A stretch of 64,000 bases of DNA from Phoronis australis (GCA_002633005.1 NMRA01000861.1:5696-69695); one strand, 5' to 3'; shown: positions 1 to 13,880, counted from the first letter of the stretch. Notes: generated by a model from the sequence alone, not told the origin. Translations and numbers: made by a program.

Positions 1-2820
1 TCCACTGGCCTCCACTGGCTTCCTGTTGCCTCCACAGGCTTCCACTAGCCTCAACAGGCACGCACTGGCCTCCATTAGCCCCCACTAGATTTCAGTGGCG
101 TCCACTGGTATCGACTGGCTTCCACTGGCCTCCAATGGCTTCCTTTGGCCGCCACAGGCCTGCACTGGCATCCACTGGCCTCCAGAGGCATATACTGGCC
201 TCCACGAACATCCACTAGCCTCCACAGGCTTTCACTGTCCTCTACTCGCCTCCACTGGCCTCCATTGGCTCTCACTGGCCTCCACAGGCTTTCACTGCCC
301 TTCACTATCCTCAACTGGCCTCGTCTGGCCTCCACTGGGCTCCACTGGCCTCCTTTAGCCCCCACTGGCCTTCACTGGCCCCCACTACCCTCTACTGGCT
401 TTCTCTGGCCTCCACTGGCCTCCACTGGCTTACACTTGCCTCCACTGGTTTTCTCTGGCCTCCACCGGCCGCCACTAGGCTCCACTGGATTTCAGTGGCG
501 TCCACTGGTCTCCACTGGCCTCCAATGGCTTCCTGTGGCCTCCACTTGCATCCACTGGCCTCCACTGGCTTACACTGGCCGCCACTGGCCTCTATTGTCC
601 TCCACTGGAATCCACTGNACTGGCTTCCACTGGCATTCACTGGCGTGCACTGGCCTCCCGTGGTCTCTTGTGTCCTCCACAGGGTTCCACTGGCCTCCAC
701 TGGCTTATACTGGCCTCCACTGGCTTTCTCTGGCCTCTACTGACCTCCACAGGCCTCCATTGTCCTCCACTGGCTTTCAGTGGCGTCCACTGGTCTCCAC
801 TAGCTTCCACTGGCCTCCAATGGCTTCCTGTGGCCTCCACAGGCTTCCACAGGCCTACACTGCCATCCACTGGCTGCAAACTGGCCCTCACTGGACTCCA
901 GCGGCCTCCTGTGACCTCCACTGGCACCCACTGGCCTCCACTGGGCCTTCTCTGGCCTCCACTTGCCTCTATTGTCCTCCACTGGAATTCAGTGGCTTCC
1001 ACTGGCCTCCAATGGCTTCCTGTTGCCTCCACAGCCCTCCACAGGCACCCACTGGCCTCTGCTGGCATCCACTGTCCTCCTCTGGCATCCACTGTCCTCC
1101 AGTGGACCCCAGTTGCCTCCAATGGCCTCGACTGCCCTCCACATGTCACCACTGGCCTGCACTGGCATCCACTGGCCTCCAGAGGCATCCACTGGCCTCC
1201 AGTAGCATCCACTGGCGTCCACATTCTTTCACTGGCCTCCACTCGCCTCCACTGGGCTCCACTGCCTCCTTTTGCTCCCTATGGCCTTCACTGTCCTCCA
1301 GTGGCCTCCACTGGACTTCACTGGCCCCCACTGGCCCCCTTTGGCTCCCACTGGCCTTCACTGTCCTTCACTGGCCTCCACTGGTTTTCACTGGCCTCTA
1401 CTATCTTTCACTGTACTCCACTGGCCTCCATTGGCCACCAGTGGCTGTCTCTGGCCTCCACAGGCATCCACAGGCATCCACTGGCATCCACTGGCATCCG
1501 CTGGCCTCCTCTAGCCTCCACTGTCGTCCACTGGCCTCCACAGGCCTCCACTGGCTTCCACTGGCATTCACTGGCGTGCACTGGCCTCCCGTGGTCTCTT
1601 GTGTCCTCCACAGGGTTCCACTGGCCTCCACTGGCTTATACTGGCCTCCACTGGCTTTCTCTGGCCTCTACTGACCTCCACAGGCCTCCATTGTCCTCCA
1701 CTGGCTTTCAGTGGCGTCCACTGGTCTCCACTAGCTTCCACTGGCCTCCAATGGCTTCCTGTGGCCTCCACAGGCTTCCACAGGCCTACACTGCCATCCA
1801 CTGGCTGCAAACTGGCCCTCACTGGACTCCAGCGGCCTCCTGTGACCTCCACTGGCACCCACTGGCCTCCACTGGGCCTTCTCTGGCCTCCACTTGCCTC
1901 TATTGTCCTCCACTGGAATTCAGTGGCTTCCACTGGCCTCCAATGGCTTCCTGTTGCCTCCACAGCCCTCCACAGGCACCCACTGGCCTCTGCTGGCATC
2001 CACTGTCCTCCTCTGGCATCCACTGTCCTCCAGTGGACCCCAGTTGCCTCCAATGGCCTCGACTGCCCTCCACATGTCACCACTGGCCTGCACTGGCATC
2101 CACTGGCCTCCAGAGGCATCCACTGGCCTCCAGTAGCATCCACTGGCGTCCACATTCTTTCACTGGCCTCCACTCGCCTCCACTGGGCTCCACTGCCTCC
2201 TTTTGCTCCCTATGGCCTTCACTGTCCTCCAGTGGCCTCCACTGGACTTCACTGGCCCCCACTGGCTTCCACTGGCCCCCTTTGGCTCCCACTGGCCTTC
2301 ACTGTCCTTCACTGGCCTCCAGTGGCCTCCACTGGTTTTCACTGGCCTCTACTATCTTTCACTGTACTCCACTGGCCTCCATTGGCCACCAGTGGCTGTC
2401 TCTGGCCTCCACAGGCATCCACAGGCATCCACTGGCATCCACTGGCATCCNCACTGGCCTCCACTGGCTTCCACTGGCCTCCACTGGCTTTCTCTGGCCT
2501 CTACTGGCCTTCACTGGCCTCCGCTGGCCTCCTCTGGCATCCACTGGAGTCCACTGGAATCCACTGGAATCCACTGGTTTTCAGTGGCGTCCTCTGGCCT
2601 CCACTGGCATCCACTGGAATCCACTGGCTTCCACAGGCCTACACTGGCATCCACTGGAATCCACTGCCCTCCACAGGCCTAAACTGGCCTGCACTGGCGT
2701 CCACTGGCCTCCAGAGGCATCCACTGGCCACTACTGGCCTCCACTGGCCTCTACAGGCTTTCACTGGCCTTTACTCGCCTCCACTGGCCTCCACTGGCCC
2801 TCAGTAGCCTCCACTGGTCT
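1..2820. repeat. 10-bp satellite/minisatellite, consensus CCACTGGCCT, with a ~931-bp higher-order duplication
   Basis: Continuous degenerate CCACTGGCCT units. ORFs 637..1242 and 1568..2173 translate identically (offset 931). The long ORFs here are repeat artefacts. Confidence 0.97.
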
Positions 2821-2823
2821 CTT

Positions 2824-4505
2824 GTTGAGTTTTAGTCTATAGGCGAACAACTTTGCACGATTTTGCCCTACACCGAAAAACCGCGAATTTGCCAGAGAAT
2901 CCGCGTCCTCAATTGAAACGTCTTATCGCGGAAAACCAAACGTTGAAAATCGATGCACTTCTATTCTTAGGTTTTCTTGCCGTCCTTAGTAGGGAAAGAG
3001 AAAAAAATCAACTTCCAACGGTTGAGTTTTCGTCAATCGGAGCAGAACTTTTCACGATTTTGACCAACACCGAAAAACCGCGATTTTCACAGAGATTCCT
3101 CCTCCTCATTGGAAACGTCTATTTCGGGATAAGCAACCATTGAAAAGCGATGCCCGTCCATTCCTAAGTCCTCTGGCCCTCCCTTGGTAGCGCAATAGAA
3201 AAAACCCAACTTCCAACATTTCAGTTTTCGTCAATCGGTGCAGAACTTTGCACGATTTTGCCCTCCACCGAAAAACCGCGAATTTGCCGGTGATTCCGGA
3301 TCTTCTGTTGAAACGTCTATTCCAGGAAAAGCAAACGTTGAAAATCGAAGTACTTCCATTCCTAGGTCTCCTGGCCCTCCCTTATAAAGGAAGTGAAAAA
3401 AAACCTGACTTCTAACAGTTGAGTTTTAGTCAACCGGCGCAGAACTTTGCACGAGTTTGGCCTACACTGAAGAAACGCGAATTTTCCGGAGTTTCCGCGT
3501 TATTACTTGAAAAGTCTATTGCCGGAAAAAGCAACCGTTGAAAATGGATGCCCTTCCATTCCTAGGTTCTCTAACCCTCCTTTAGTAAGAAAAATGAAAA
3601 AAAACGACTTCCAATGGTTGAGTTTTAGTCTATCGGCGAAGAGTTTTGCACGATTTTGCCCTACACCGAAAAACCGCTAATTTGCCACAGATTCAGCGTC
3701 TTCAGTTGAAACGTCTATTACCGGAAATCAACCGTTGAAAATCGATGCCCTTCCATTCCTAGGTTCTCTGGCCCTCTCCCTTAGTAAGAAAAATGGAAGA
3801 AAAACGATTTCCAACCATTGAGATTTAGTCTATCGGCACAGAACTGTGCCCGATTTTGCTCTACACCGAAAAACTACGAAGTAGCCGGAGATTCCGCGTC
3901 CTCAATTGAAACGCATATTTCCGGAAAACCAAACATTGAAAATTGTTAGAGTATGATCTCATATCCCAGTGAGTGCATGTGTAGGAGTAGTTCAGAGAAT
4001 TAAGAATTATGTAATACACCCCCAACATGAGGAATTGTAGTAAACATGTTTGTTCACTATATCCTGTTATGATTCATGTATGTCACTATATAAGTGTATG
4101 ATCGCATGGATTGTAACAGACTCAGTAGTATCAGCAGAAGAGTATGTAATAAAACTATTATCCTCCTTCAGACTAGTATTATCCTTGGACCGCGTTCTCG
4201 CACTGTGTCGCGCATTCAACGTTCCTAACCGAACAGAATGCCTTTCACTGCTAGCACATCAACAAAAATCGATGCACTTACATTCCTAGGTTTTTTGGCC
4301 CTCTCTTAGTAGGAAAAATGGAAAAAACCGACTTCCAACTGTTGAGTTTTAGTCTATCGGCGAAGAACTTTGCACGATTTTGCCCTACACCGAAAAAAGC
4401 GAATTTGCCGGAGATTCAGCGTCCTCATTTGAAACGTCTATTACCGGAAAACTAACTATTGAAAATCGACGCACTTACATTCCTAGGTTTTCTGGTCATC
4501 TCCTT
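2824..4505. repeat. ~198-bp tandem satellite, about 7 monomers
   Basis: GTTGAGTTTT(A/C)GTC-like unit starts recur at about 2824, 3021, 3219, 3418, 3617, 3817 and 4341. The last spacing equals 198 bp plus the 326-bp insertion. Confidence 0.95.
3944..4264 (+). mobile_element. Solo LTR (321 bp) inserted in a satellite monomer
   Basis: TGTT...AACA termini; perfect 5-bp TSD AAAAT (3939-3943 and 4265-4269); internal TATATAA and AATAAA; removal restores the satellite GAAAATCGATG. Confidence 0.9.
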
Positions 4506-7500
4506 TCCCTTACAAAAATTTCTTTAAAAAACTTAAGTTTTTCGCCAAAAACTTAATTCTATTTTTACTGTTAACTATTATGGTTACGTAAGACCCCTCG
4601 TGAAGACCATGCCAGTATATTCAATGGTGGATTCAGAGGGTGGCTAAGGGGCCAAGGCCCCGGCCCCCCTAAAATGCTACAAGATTCCCTTTGGCACTTG
4701 GGGGGAAGGGATGACTGTCTGATGGGCAAAACCCTATGTAATTCTCTGTCCTAATTCCCCAACTCAAAATCGTGGATCCGCCCGGCCGCCCTGGATCTTT
4801 ACATGGATAACATTCCCTGTTAACGGGTTATGTCTGGATTCTTAAGAAGCTATCACATACTGTTATGTTTGCTAATATCTCATTGTTTTCAGGTCTCTAT
4901 TAACTTGGCGGAGTACTTGGAAGAACTAGACATCCAAACATTTGCATCGAAACAATCACCCAGGGGTGGTATTGGGCTGTGTACATCCACATGGCAGGTA
5001 GAGCTTCATATGTTTCATTGTTGAGTTAAAAATAGTGCAGCTATCAGGGTTTGGATTTGAAACAATATGAAATATGTCCTTGGTTTAGCCAATGCGCTTA
5101 TAATCTTTAACAAACTCACCGATTCTTGTAGCCATTTGGTCAAGTCAATGTAAAGCTTCTTGGTTTTGCTATAACTTTCAACTGAAAAGTACACTTGGAA
5201 GTATACATGTGAGATTAAACTTTCAGTTCTAACCCTGGTTGTTCCTGTGTAATGTCCATGAAACATTAGTAAGAAGACATTTCAGTTCTTTGATGGAGAT
5301 CGCCAGTTAGAATACAACTAGCTCTGCTCATTATGTAGAGTTGTGCATTGTCTTATCAGATTAACGAATTAAACAATGAAAAATTCATAAAACTAATGGG
5401 AATTGTAGTTTATTGCAGTTGCCAACAGTTTCATCATCGGATAAAGATATTAATTAATTTGTCATAGAACTTGAAATAAAAAGTTACAGAACACGTTACC
5501 TGGTTAGCCTGAAGTCCAACTTTTATTAACATAAGTTTTGTCATATACACGGTTTGTTCTAATTGTGATAGCATGGTAGGTGACCATTTGCATGTTTTGT
5601 ATTCAAGTTGTGTAGAATAAAATTGTTTTGAATGTCGCGAATCCAGGATTAAAACTTCATTCAAAACAGTAAGTGGAAAACTGACCCACTGCAGTGCATG
5701 CTTGGAGTAAACTTGCAGACTAGTCTTGCACTTGAATCCTGAAGAATGATTGGTTAAGTTTTGAGTCTGAAAACTATTTTCTAGGCTCTGTATACAAGTC
5801 AGTAAGTTTTACAAATCAGTGTTGTATAAACAGCACGATAAACATCCAGCAAGTTGAGTTGTCTTATTCTGATAGCTTTACCCGTCTGTTATTAAATTTT
5901 GTTGTCTTTATTGCAGAGTGTGTCTTCAACAATCGTTGGATAAGGAAGGCTACCCAGACAACACAATGTATGCACTTATGAACTGCAGCTCATCAACCTA
6001 TGAATTCAGTTATCTGAGCTCAGAAACGCGCGTTTGTAGTCACAAAACATGGATTATTTGCCTGTGAAGCTAAGAGAGCAGATCCAGATCCATCTCGTAT
6101 AACCAGGTTGTACTTAGGGTTACTTTTAGTGAAACTTGTTCGCACCATGGAGTGTACTGGATTTACTGTTATGATTGTCAAAAAAACGAAACTTTTTCTT
6201 TCAAATTGATATTTTTAAGGTTGAAAACCATGATAGATGACTGTAGGCACTATTTCTAGGATAAGGTTTGTACTTCCCAAAATCAGATCTGTGGCCATTG
6301 TCGATAAACTTTTAATTACCCCTTACGTTTCATACTATGCTCTAGTCTCTGCGGATATTCTTGGATTTTGCATGTTAAGTGATTTTTTATTCTTGGTGTC
6401 ATTGCTGTAATTTTAGTTGAAAAAGTCTATGCTGTTGAAACGTAGACTTTTGTTGTAGTCCTTCCTGTCTATGTAATCACATTTTCTTTGGTTGTGTCTC
6501 ATGATTTGGTAGTGATTTCCCTGTTTGTACATTCCATTTTGATCCCTCAGTTATCGCATATTGTCATAGACTGAGAACGATGCAAATCTCAATATATTAT
6601 TAGCCTCATTTAGTTTTCCCTGCATTGTATGCATGACACTTGAACTTATTTTTGAAATGTTTCTGGTTTTTAAGATTTTAATACTTCACCTATCATCACT
6701 TATTTTAAGGAATTAGTGTATCTTAGGAAGTGCATTTTATTTTCTGCAATTAATGAAATGTTACTAGAACTCTACTTTGTTAAATCTTGTATGAGAATCA
6801 TTAAATTTGTTACTGTACTCCACTCTTGTTTTAGTGAAAATAGAAATGTTTGAATGTTTGTCCCATTCAAACTTATTGCTGTTGAAAAACGTCAGTTAGT
6901 TCCTTGAAAGCTTATGTTCTGAAAACTTAGTTTTGAAAAACTTAAGTTTTGATGACTTATGTTTGTTACTAAAAACTTGTTCCAAAACAAAAGTTTTTAG
7001 AAGTTAAGTTTTTGAAAACTTAAGTTATGAAAACTTAAATTCGTTCCATTGATATTCAATGAACGTGACCATGGTGAGGCTACTAAACCGGGCCCGGCCA
7101 CTTTAACGCCCGGCGAGATTTTGGCAACTCAACAACCATAATTTTAATTAGGTTGAAATATAACCACTATATTTTTTAAATTATGCTTGAATTATACATG
7201 GTGATATATACTCGGGAACCCAATGGTCGTCCGCCTAAGCATAAAACCGGCTTGTTGTCGTATTCACCCAATTATTCCACTTCAAAGTTATGCTCAGCAT
7301 AGAACTTGATTTGACTCTCACAAATCCATAGTATTAGTTGATTCAAAAGTTTTCTTTTATTGATGCCGAGTTGTTTGAACTGTGCATTGCTTTTCGGCAG
7401 CCATTTTATAATGACTCCCATGGTCGTCATATAGGCCTACTGCCGCCTTTTGAAAGAACAGAAAACCACACAGAAAAAGGCCAAGAAAATAGTGGAAAGT

Positions 7501-9057
7501 GGTTTACAGCAATTCTACTTCAACCACAAACTGTTTTACTAGTATGATATCAATTTTTAAATTGATTAAAATTGATTTAGAATTTCAGGAAAATAAATCG
7601 CAATTGTTTTATTCCAGATAGACCTTACTTATTTTGTATTTGTGAGCTCTTCATTTGACTTTTTGCTCTTGTTGTTCTTAATAGTACCACTTATCTATGC
7701 TGTCTTTCTTTTTCTTTTCAGTTTCTCTTCATTCTCTGTTAACACCTTGTCAGCCAAAACAAAATGTAACCCTTTGAGACTTTGTCGGCACAAGTTGATC
7801 ATTGAACCTGTTGTTCTAATTGTTCTAATAAATTACCCAATATGGCATTGTTTGATTATTTTTTCTCACCTTTAACAGGCTTCTGAAATCATAAATAAAT
7901 AAATAAATACCCAAGTTGCATTTGCATTTTATTGCTCAATCTCTTCTTTTATTTCTGATTATGTCATGCTGTGTTGTATGCAGTAACAATGCAATATAGT
8001 GAACAAAAGTCAATGTTTTACTTTATTGGTGGCTATTCTCCATCAATTCAAGTATGTTAATTTTCTTCAAATAAATTCAAAATGCTTTAACCAAAATTTT
8101 TCACATAAATATTGAGCTCAGTACTTTGTTTTGCAATAAAAAAAACAAGTGGACAATATTTTGATGACCAAGGCATGGGCCGAAACTGTTAAGCACCCAG
8201 CGTGTTCCATTTGTCTGCTGCGTTTTTCCTTTGGCCTAAAAGGTGTCGGTCAGTGCCTGGGACAAACAGATACATTGCATAAACAATCTCTGGGTTGTTT
8301 TTTGTTCCGTCTGAAGAAACTTTAATTTCGAAAATATCTTCTGAAAATGAACAAAAAAGTGCATTAGTAAAATCTACAAGTTTTTAAGTGATCTCAAAAA
8401 AGCAGTCGGTAAATGCATTAATTTTAGTCTCGGTTCTTCCATGCGTGTTTCTACCGAGAGGTTAGTACCTAACGTGCAGACGAGCACTCCAAATTGGAAC
8501 GCTAAGTCCCGCGTGGCTGCGCTGCACGCGAAAGAAGATGGCGGACGACCTTTGGAGCCTCACGACGATAGGTATCCGAACTATACATGTTGGGTTTTAT
8601 TCTCTTGCGATATTTTCTTTTTCGTTCAGTGTCTCGTTAGCCAACAACACTGAGCCCAGCAGACCGGACTGGCCGTGGCACGGCACGGCAGCTGATGGTT
8701 CACCAAGTAGAAACGTCTGTAATATTTTATGTTCTATCAACACTAAGGCAAAAGAGAGTGGTTTCAACTTATATAGTATCTATTTAACGAACTGAACCAT
8801 GCACTACGAACATGTTGGTGGCCATGATTAATAACAGCTGACGGTATAAACAAAGAGTGAAGCACTGAGCTCATCATTTCACGTTGTCACAACGGCGATG
8901 TGACGTCAGCAGCTGTAGAATGTAGGTCAAGGTGCTGGGTCAAGATTCAGTTCACACAAGAATGTCACGTAAGCAGCGCTGCCTGTTAGTAAAGCATCAT
9001 TGCATCCAGCGCCATCTGTTTGCCGTAAAGGTTTTGGATGAGCGGGTACCTTTTGCG

Positions 9058-9580
9058 TCCAAGAAGGCTCGATCTACATGTTGGGGACGAGGTGAACTAC
9101 CCGGGCTGTGTGAAATTTCTGGGTTAAACGGAGACACTGACCCAGTGGTCAGCCAGCTCGCTGTATCAAGCCTATAGTCAAAATCCAAATTTGTTTTAAC
9201 GTGCCCCTGTCAATAATAACGGCATGCTAAAGTTTCTTAATTTTCGTACTTCAGGAACATAACAATCACATATTTGAAAAATTCAAAGTTGTACTCATAT
9301 TTGTTTTCACTCATCTTTTCAAATATTACAGTAAAAACTACGTAAAACTTTCTCCATAAAAAGTACAGTCTGCTAGCTAGATTGTAATCAGCTGATCATA
9401 TCCGCATGAGCGAAGCCAATTATCCTCGCTCGTGCAGCTTGGCGGCATGCCTTTGATCGTGAGCCGAGCGCGACTCAGCCAAGGTGGATAAATACGGTCT
9501 AGTTCAATTTTCCAAACCCCACCGTTTACCTTGACCATTGGGGTTAGGACCAATCTTATTTAGTGGGAATGTTTATAGCA
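9058..9580. repeat. Dispersed repeat of unknown class; second copy at ~28777-29565
   Basis: Near-identical blocks (e.g. CCAAGGTGGATAAATACGGTCTA, GGACCAATCTTATTTAGTGG) shared with 28777-29565, which has an extra ~230-bp internal segment. Confidence 0.85.
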
Positions 9581-9647
9581 TGAAAAAAGTTGTTCCAAAA
9601 TACTGAAGTTTTTGTGAATGAAAACTTAAGTTTTTCAGACCAAAAAC

Positions 9648-9650
<3 letters not shown>

Positions 9651-9690
<40 letters not shown>
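9651..9690. repeat. (CA)n microsatellite
   Basis: About 20 CA units, followed by GGCGCATAAAAA, the same terminal motif as the Helentron-like element ending near 59900. Confidence 0.95.
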
Positions 9691-9692
<2 letters not shown>

Positions 9693-10729
9693 GTATATAC
9701 AGGCGCATAAAAATCCATCAATGAACTCTAAAGATACAGAGGCAAATGGAAAAAATAAAATTGCCATTGGGTTGGTCCGACGCTTGTCCTAATTTGTAAC
9801 CATCTCTATTAGAACATACCTGATACCTGCCGAATTTCACATCGCTCCGCCAAACAGATACGGAGACACAGACAAGAACGCAAACAAAAACAAAATTACC
9901 ACTAGGTGTCGCCAAAGCAGCCAAGACCATCCTAAAATCAGTGTCAGTTGCGGCCTCATCAGTAACACATGTGCCAATTTTCATAATGATCCTTCCAGAG
10001 GTTTGGCGGATAGAGAAGGGCAGACCTCAACAATGTACAATTAAATTTTTATTTCAAAGTTGTTACCAGGTGGTGCAGAACACATCGAATCTGTCCAAAA
10101 ACGTAAAAGTGTCATCTGTTCCTCAACAGAAACCTAAGGTAATTGCTCTACAATTTCGCACATTCTAAATTTTTGCACCCAAAATTATTTAACAAAAACA
10201 ATACTTTTACCCTTCTTTTAATTGGAACATGGCGCAGAAGCCCCCATGTTAACTTCCTATTAATTCGCACGTCCCTGCTGAATCCATGTTGATCTATTTC
10301 TAAAATTTCGTGCACCAATTATTAGCCCTGATCGTGCTTACTTTTTATTCATTCGCACATCCCTTGAAAGCCTGCTAACTTATTTATTAAACAGACTTTC
10401 TCACTCATATTAGAGCCCAAACATCGACCTTCCTATTAATTTGCACATCGGTTGCCAATGACTTTTTTACTTTCTATTCATTTCGAACACTGGCCTTGTA
10501 TTTCTGGCCATCATACTGTGCGAAATTGTACAATGGTTACTGTATTTGTTAAATCTAATGAAAATCCATCAAAGGCAAACAAAAAATATAAAATGGCCAC
10601 TAGGGGCAGAGCAGTAGCCGGGTACATCCAAAACTCGTGGTCCTCTGTCTTCATCTTTTTAAGTAACGCATCTGCTTAATCTCATTATGATACTGCAAGG
10701 GGTTTAGGAGATACACCTGCAGACACCAG

Positions 10730-11130
10730 GGCCTGGTCTCTAATCTTTGTACTCGAAACGAACTCGAAACTATTTTTGGCAATTTCTCTGCTCCTTTTGT
10801 GCGAACTTAAGATAATTGGTTATCAGACTGTGCTTGAATACATTATAGTTTATGCATAGGAGTTTCTAGTTCAAGTTTGCCTTTGAAGACCCTTATATTT
10901 GAGCTACAAACTCGAGTAAAAACTCAAAATTTCGAGTACAAACTCAAACTTATTGCTTTAATAATGGGTTTACAAACTGTGAACTAAGGGCAATAAATTA
11001 TCTACGTAAGTTATTGTGTACTCGAGCACAGAACAATAGACACTTATCTTGAGTTCGCCCAAAAGTAGAGTAGAAAACGCCAAACCTAATTTCGAGTTCC
11101 ATTTCGAGTAAAAAGATTGGAGACCAGACC
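10730..11130. mobile_element. PIF/Harbinger-type MITE (401 bp)
   Basis: ~29-bp TIRs GG(C/T)CTGGTCTC(T/C)AATCTTT(G/T)TACTCGAAA; 3-bp TSD CAG (10727-10729 and 11131-11133); internal CTCGA repeats. Confidence 0.88.
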
Positions 11131-11757
11131 CAGATGCTCTGACAGAGATGACTACAATATGCAACCACATATCAATATGTGGGTGCATAAAAAGCAACAC
11201 TAACTCCCCTTTACTGACCACAGAATCCAATTGGCAAACTCAGGCATATTATATCAGTTAATTTCCCATAATGACCACAACACACTGACCCAATCGACAC
11301 AGCTAGCTCCAACAATCCAATGGCTGTGAACGGTCACAGGTTTACCACAGGCCTATTGAAAGCTCACTGAACTCAAGAGGTTGCAGAGGGCTTATGACCA
11401 CACAAACAAAGGAAATTTAGGGTGCTTTTGATGCAAGATCCTTGTTTAAACCTTCAAAGTTGTAATCCTGGGTCTACACCTAACAGGACACTTTCAAATA
11501 GAAACGTGGCAACTGATCCTGTTGGATCATATACTAGTGGTCTCTAGAGGATAATGAGGCAATCTTACTTTTGTTTAAAAAGAGTCTTCACTATGACAAA
11601 TATGACTCCCAATGCCAGCCGCTTTAAAGAGGTATCTCTTAATACAGCTAGGTGATGATAAAAATCACCATGTGATCAGACCCCATTGCTTCCTACAAGT
11701 CTCCCATTCCTCACAAGAAATATATAAATCTGTTTGTCTCTATTTGTCAATAGGTTG

Positions 11758-11891
11758 TCAACTCGCATTCTGGATAATCTTATCGATAATGTTAGTAACA
11801 TGCTTGTGGGTGCTCGACTGAGAAAACAATTCCATGAAGTTTTGCCCATTTTCAAGACTGTGAGCCAGCTGTGGGTCCAAAGGTATACAGC
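11758..11891 (-). CDS. NUBP2: NUBP2 last coding exon: (G)CIPLDPQLAHSLENGQNFMELFSQSSTHKHVTNIIDKIIQNAS*
   Basis: tttcag acceptor; phase-1 join with the previous exon; IPLDP motif of Mrp/NBP35 proteins; TGA at 11760-11758. Confidence 0.92.
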
Positions 11892-13046
11892 CTGAAATAG
11901 ACAAGTGGAGATAAAATAAAAATAATACCACAAAAATATCTAGTTACATGGTTAGTACAACAGGACACCAAATTATTTTTTTCAAGTGTGATCAATTAGT
12001 CTGAAAGGCCACATTCACATAGATATTGATTTCTTTTAAAAATACACAAAAATCCTCTACATAACAATTTAGTTTTAGTTTCTGTAAACAAGACTATATA
12101 CTGGTGTACCAATTCTGATGTCTCAACAGCAGGCGAGACAGTGAATGCAATGCCCTTTGGCAACTTAATAAATTTAATCTTTCTTTAGAATCATTTTGCA
12201 GTGTGAACAATAAAGGCATAGACTCAAGAATGTTTTAAATCTAAATCACACAATTGCCTGAAAAGTTCATGTTTTTACGTGGTACTTGTGCCATCAAATT
12301 TTTGGTTTGAGACATAGCAAGAATGACTTTGATTCAGAGCCAATATGACAAGGGTGTAAAATCGGCAATAACACACCTTTGAAAAAAACAGCATCAAAGC
12401 AATGTCAAGTGTACTTGCAAGGTTTCTTTAACCCTTATCCTGCGCTAGGCGAGGTCAGCCGACATGCCAATTATCCTATTAAAATGCGTTGGGTGTACTC
12501 AATCGACAAAAATAAGTTACAGCTGGGCTGCGCTAGGAGAGTGCACTCACCCCAGGACACTTGTGATTTTCATTCAGAAATTGTAAGAGCCCTGGAATGT
12601 TGTTTAGATATGTGACCATGAGCATTCCATACTTCACAACTTCCTCTACTGTTCTCCAATTTAAACCATATGGCTGTGATTACTAGTTTGGGAGATATTA
12701 GCAGGTTTATGTAAGTGTAGACACATAGTTTCATTAAGTGGCTGGAGCCATACGGGAGAGGATGACAGTGGATCAGTTTACTTTCACCAAGGCTATGATA
12801 AAGACTTATATATGGTGAAATTCTCCATTAAATTCTGCACAAGTTTTGTATTGACTTCTTTTCTGTTAATTTGATATTTCCCCTTCAAATTTCCAATTTA
12901 AAATTGTTAGGTCATTTGTCTAGGTGACCTCCACAACAGCTTAGTGTAAAGCAGTAGTGGTGACCTACTTAGCTCAGCACACAAGGAAAGTAGTCTGAAT
13001 AGAGGCTCAGCAGGATAAGGGTTAAACTATTCAACAAAAATATTAC

Positions 13047-13116
13047 CTAAAAACGGAACGTCAAACTGTGCTGCTAAACTCTCCCCACCTCCTTTAGAAA
13101 ATAAATTTGTACACTC
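13047..13116 (-). CDS. NUBP2: NUBP2 coding exon (70 nt): ECTNLFSKGGGESLAAQFDVPFL(G)
   Basis: tttcag/gtaata boundaries; FSKGGG and VPFLG motifs; frame continuous with neighbouring exons. Confidence 0.95.
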
Positions 13117-13714
13117 CTGAAATGAAATAAAATAAGCACCTGAGAATTCCAAGTTTAACTCTCCCAGAAACATTACAACAAAACTGAAGAAGCCACAATT
13201 GACTATGACTGAATGTGACCGGACACGACGAAATATTTTAAAAAATTAATGCAACAGTTAATTTCAGACATATTTTTCAAACAAGCAATGAAAAGATAAT
13301 GGAATGTTTGACTAAAAACTCAAGTAGTGGGTGTTGTGTACAATGGATTATGAGAACCAGCAGGCACCAATCTTTGCGCACCTCAGTCAGCGTAGAAATT
13401 CCCAACCACTTCATAAGAAACATTACAGTAATTGATCACGTATATATTTATCACATGTGCAGAACAAGGGAAACCTTAATTTGTGAAATTTATCAACAAA
13501 AATAAAGATTAATAAATTTCAGTCCATTACTATCCATCAAACAGATAAGGTGGTATTCAATGGGGATATTTGACAATGCTCCTCGCAGTGTCGCTGCTGT
13601 ACTTGTGGTGACTGAATAGGGCATGTGTCACTCTGCATGTGAACAGCTGGTAAAAAGATAAAATACGTGGTCGCGCTAAGCCTTATTATTGCTATTTTCC
13701 CAGGAAAATCTTCG

Positions 13715-13880
13715 ACAGGTGGTCGAAAATTCCCAAAAAAACAAAGGTTACTACAAGCATGGAGAATTGCGGTCAAAAGGGTCAATCAAGTGACAAAAAG
13801 TGTGTGGATGCCAAAGTCTCACGCCCTGTGTGTGCTCTATGCATTTCCATTGAGAGACTACATAATCACGTTACTTGGTA
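13715..13880 (+). pseudogene. Degenerate THAP zinc-finger fragment (transposon relic)
   Basis: KFPKKQRLLQAWRIAVKR...W.P, then after a frameshift CVCSMHF..DY, followed by a GGTAAGT donor. Confidence 0.65.

Noticed and set aside
75-2842. Long ORFs (up to 724 aa) of repeating ASTGLHWPPL peptides
   Set aside because: Translation of a stop-poor 10-bp satellite that is open in several frames; no sign of a real gene.
4890-6010. Exon-like segments (4893-4997 and from ~5917) hinting at a + strand gene
   Set aside because: Splice-like signals are present, but I could not build a coherent or recognisable protein.
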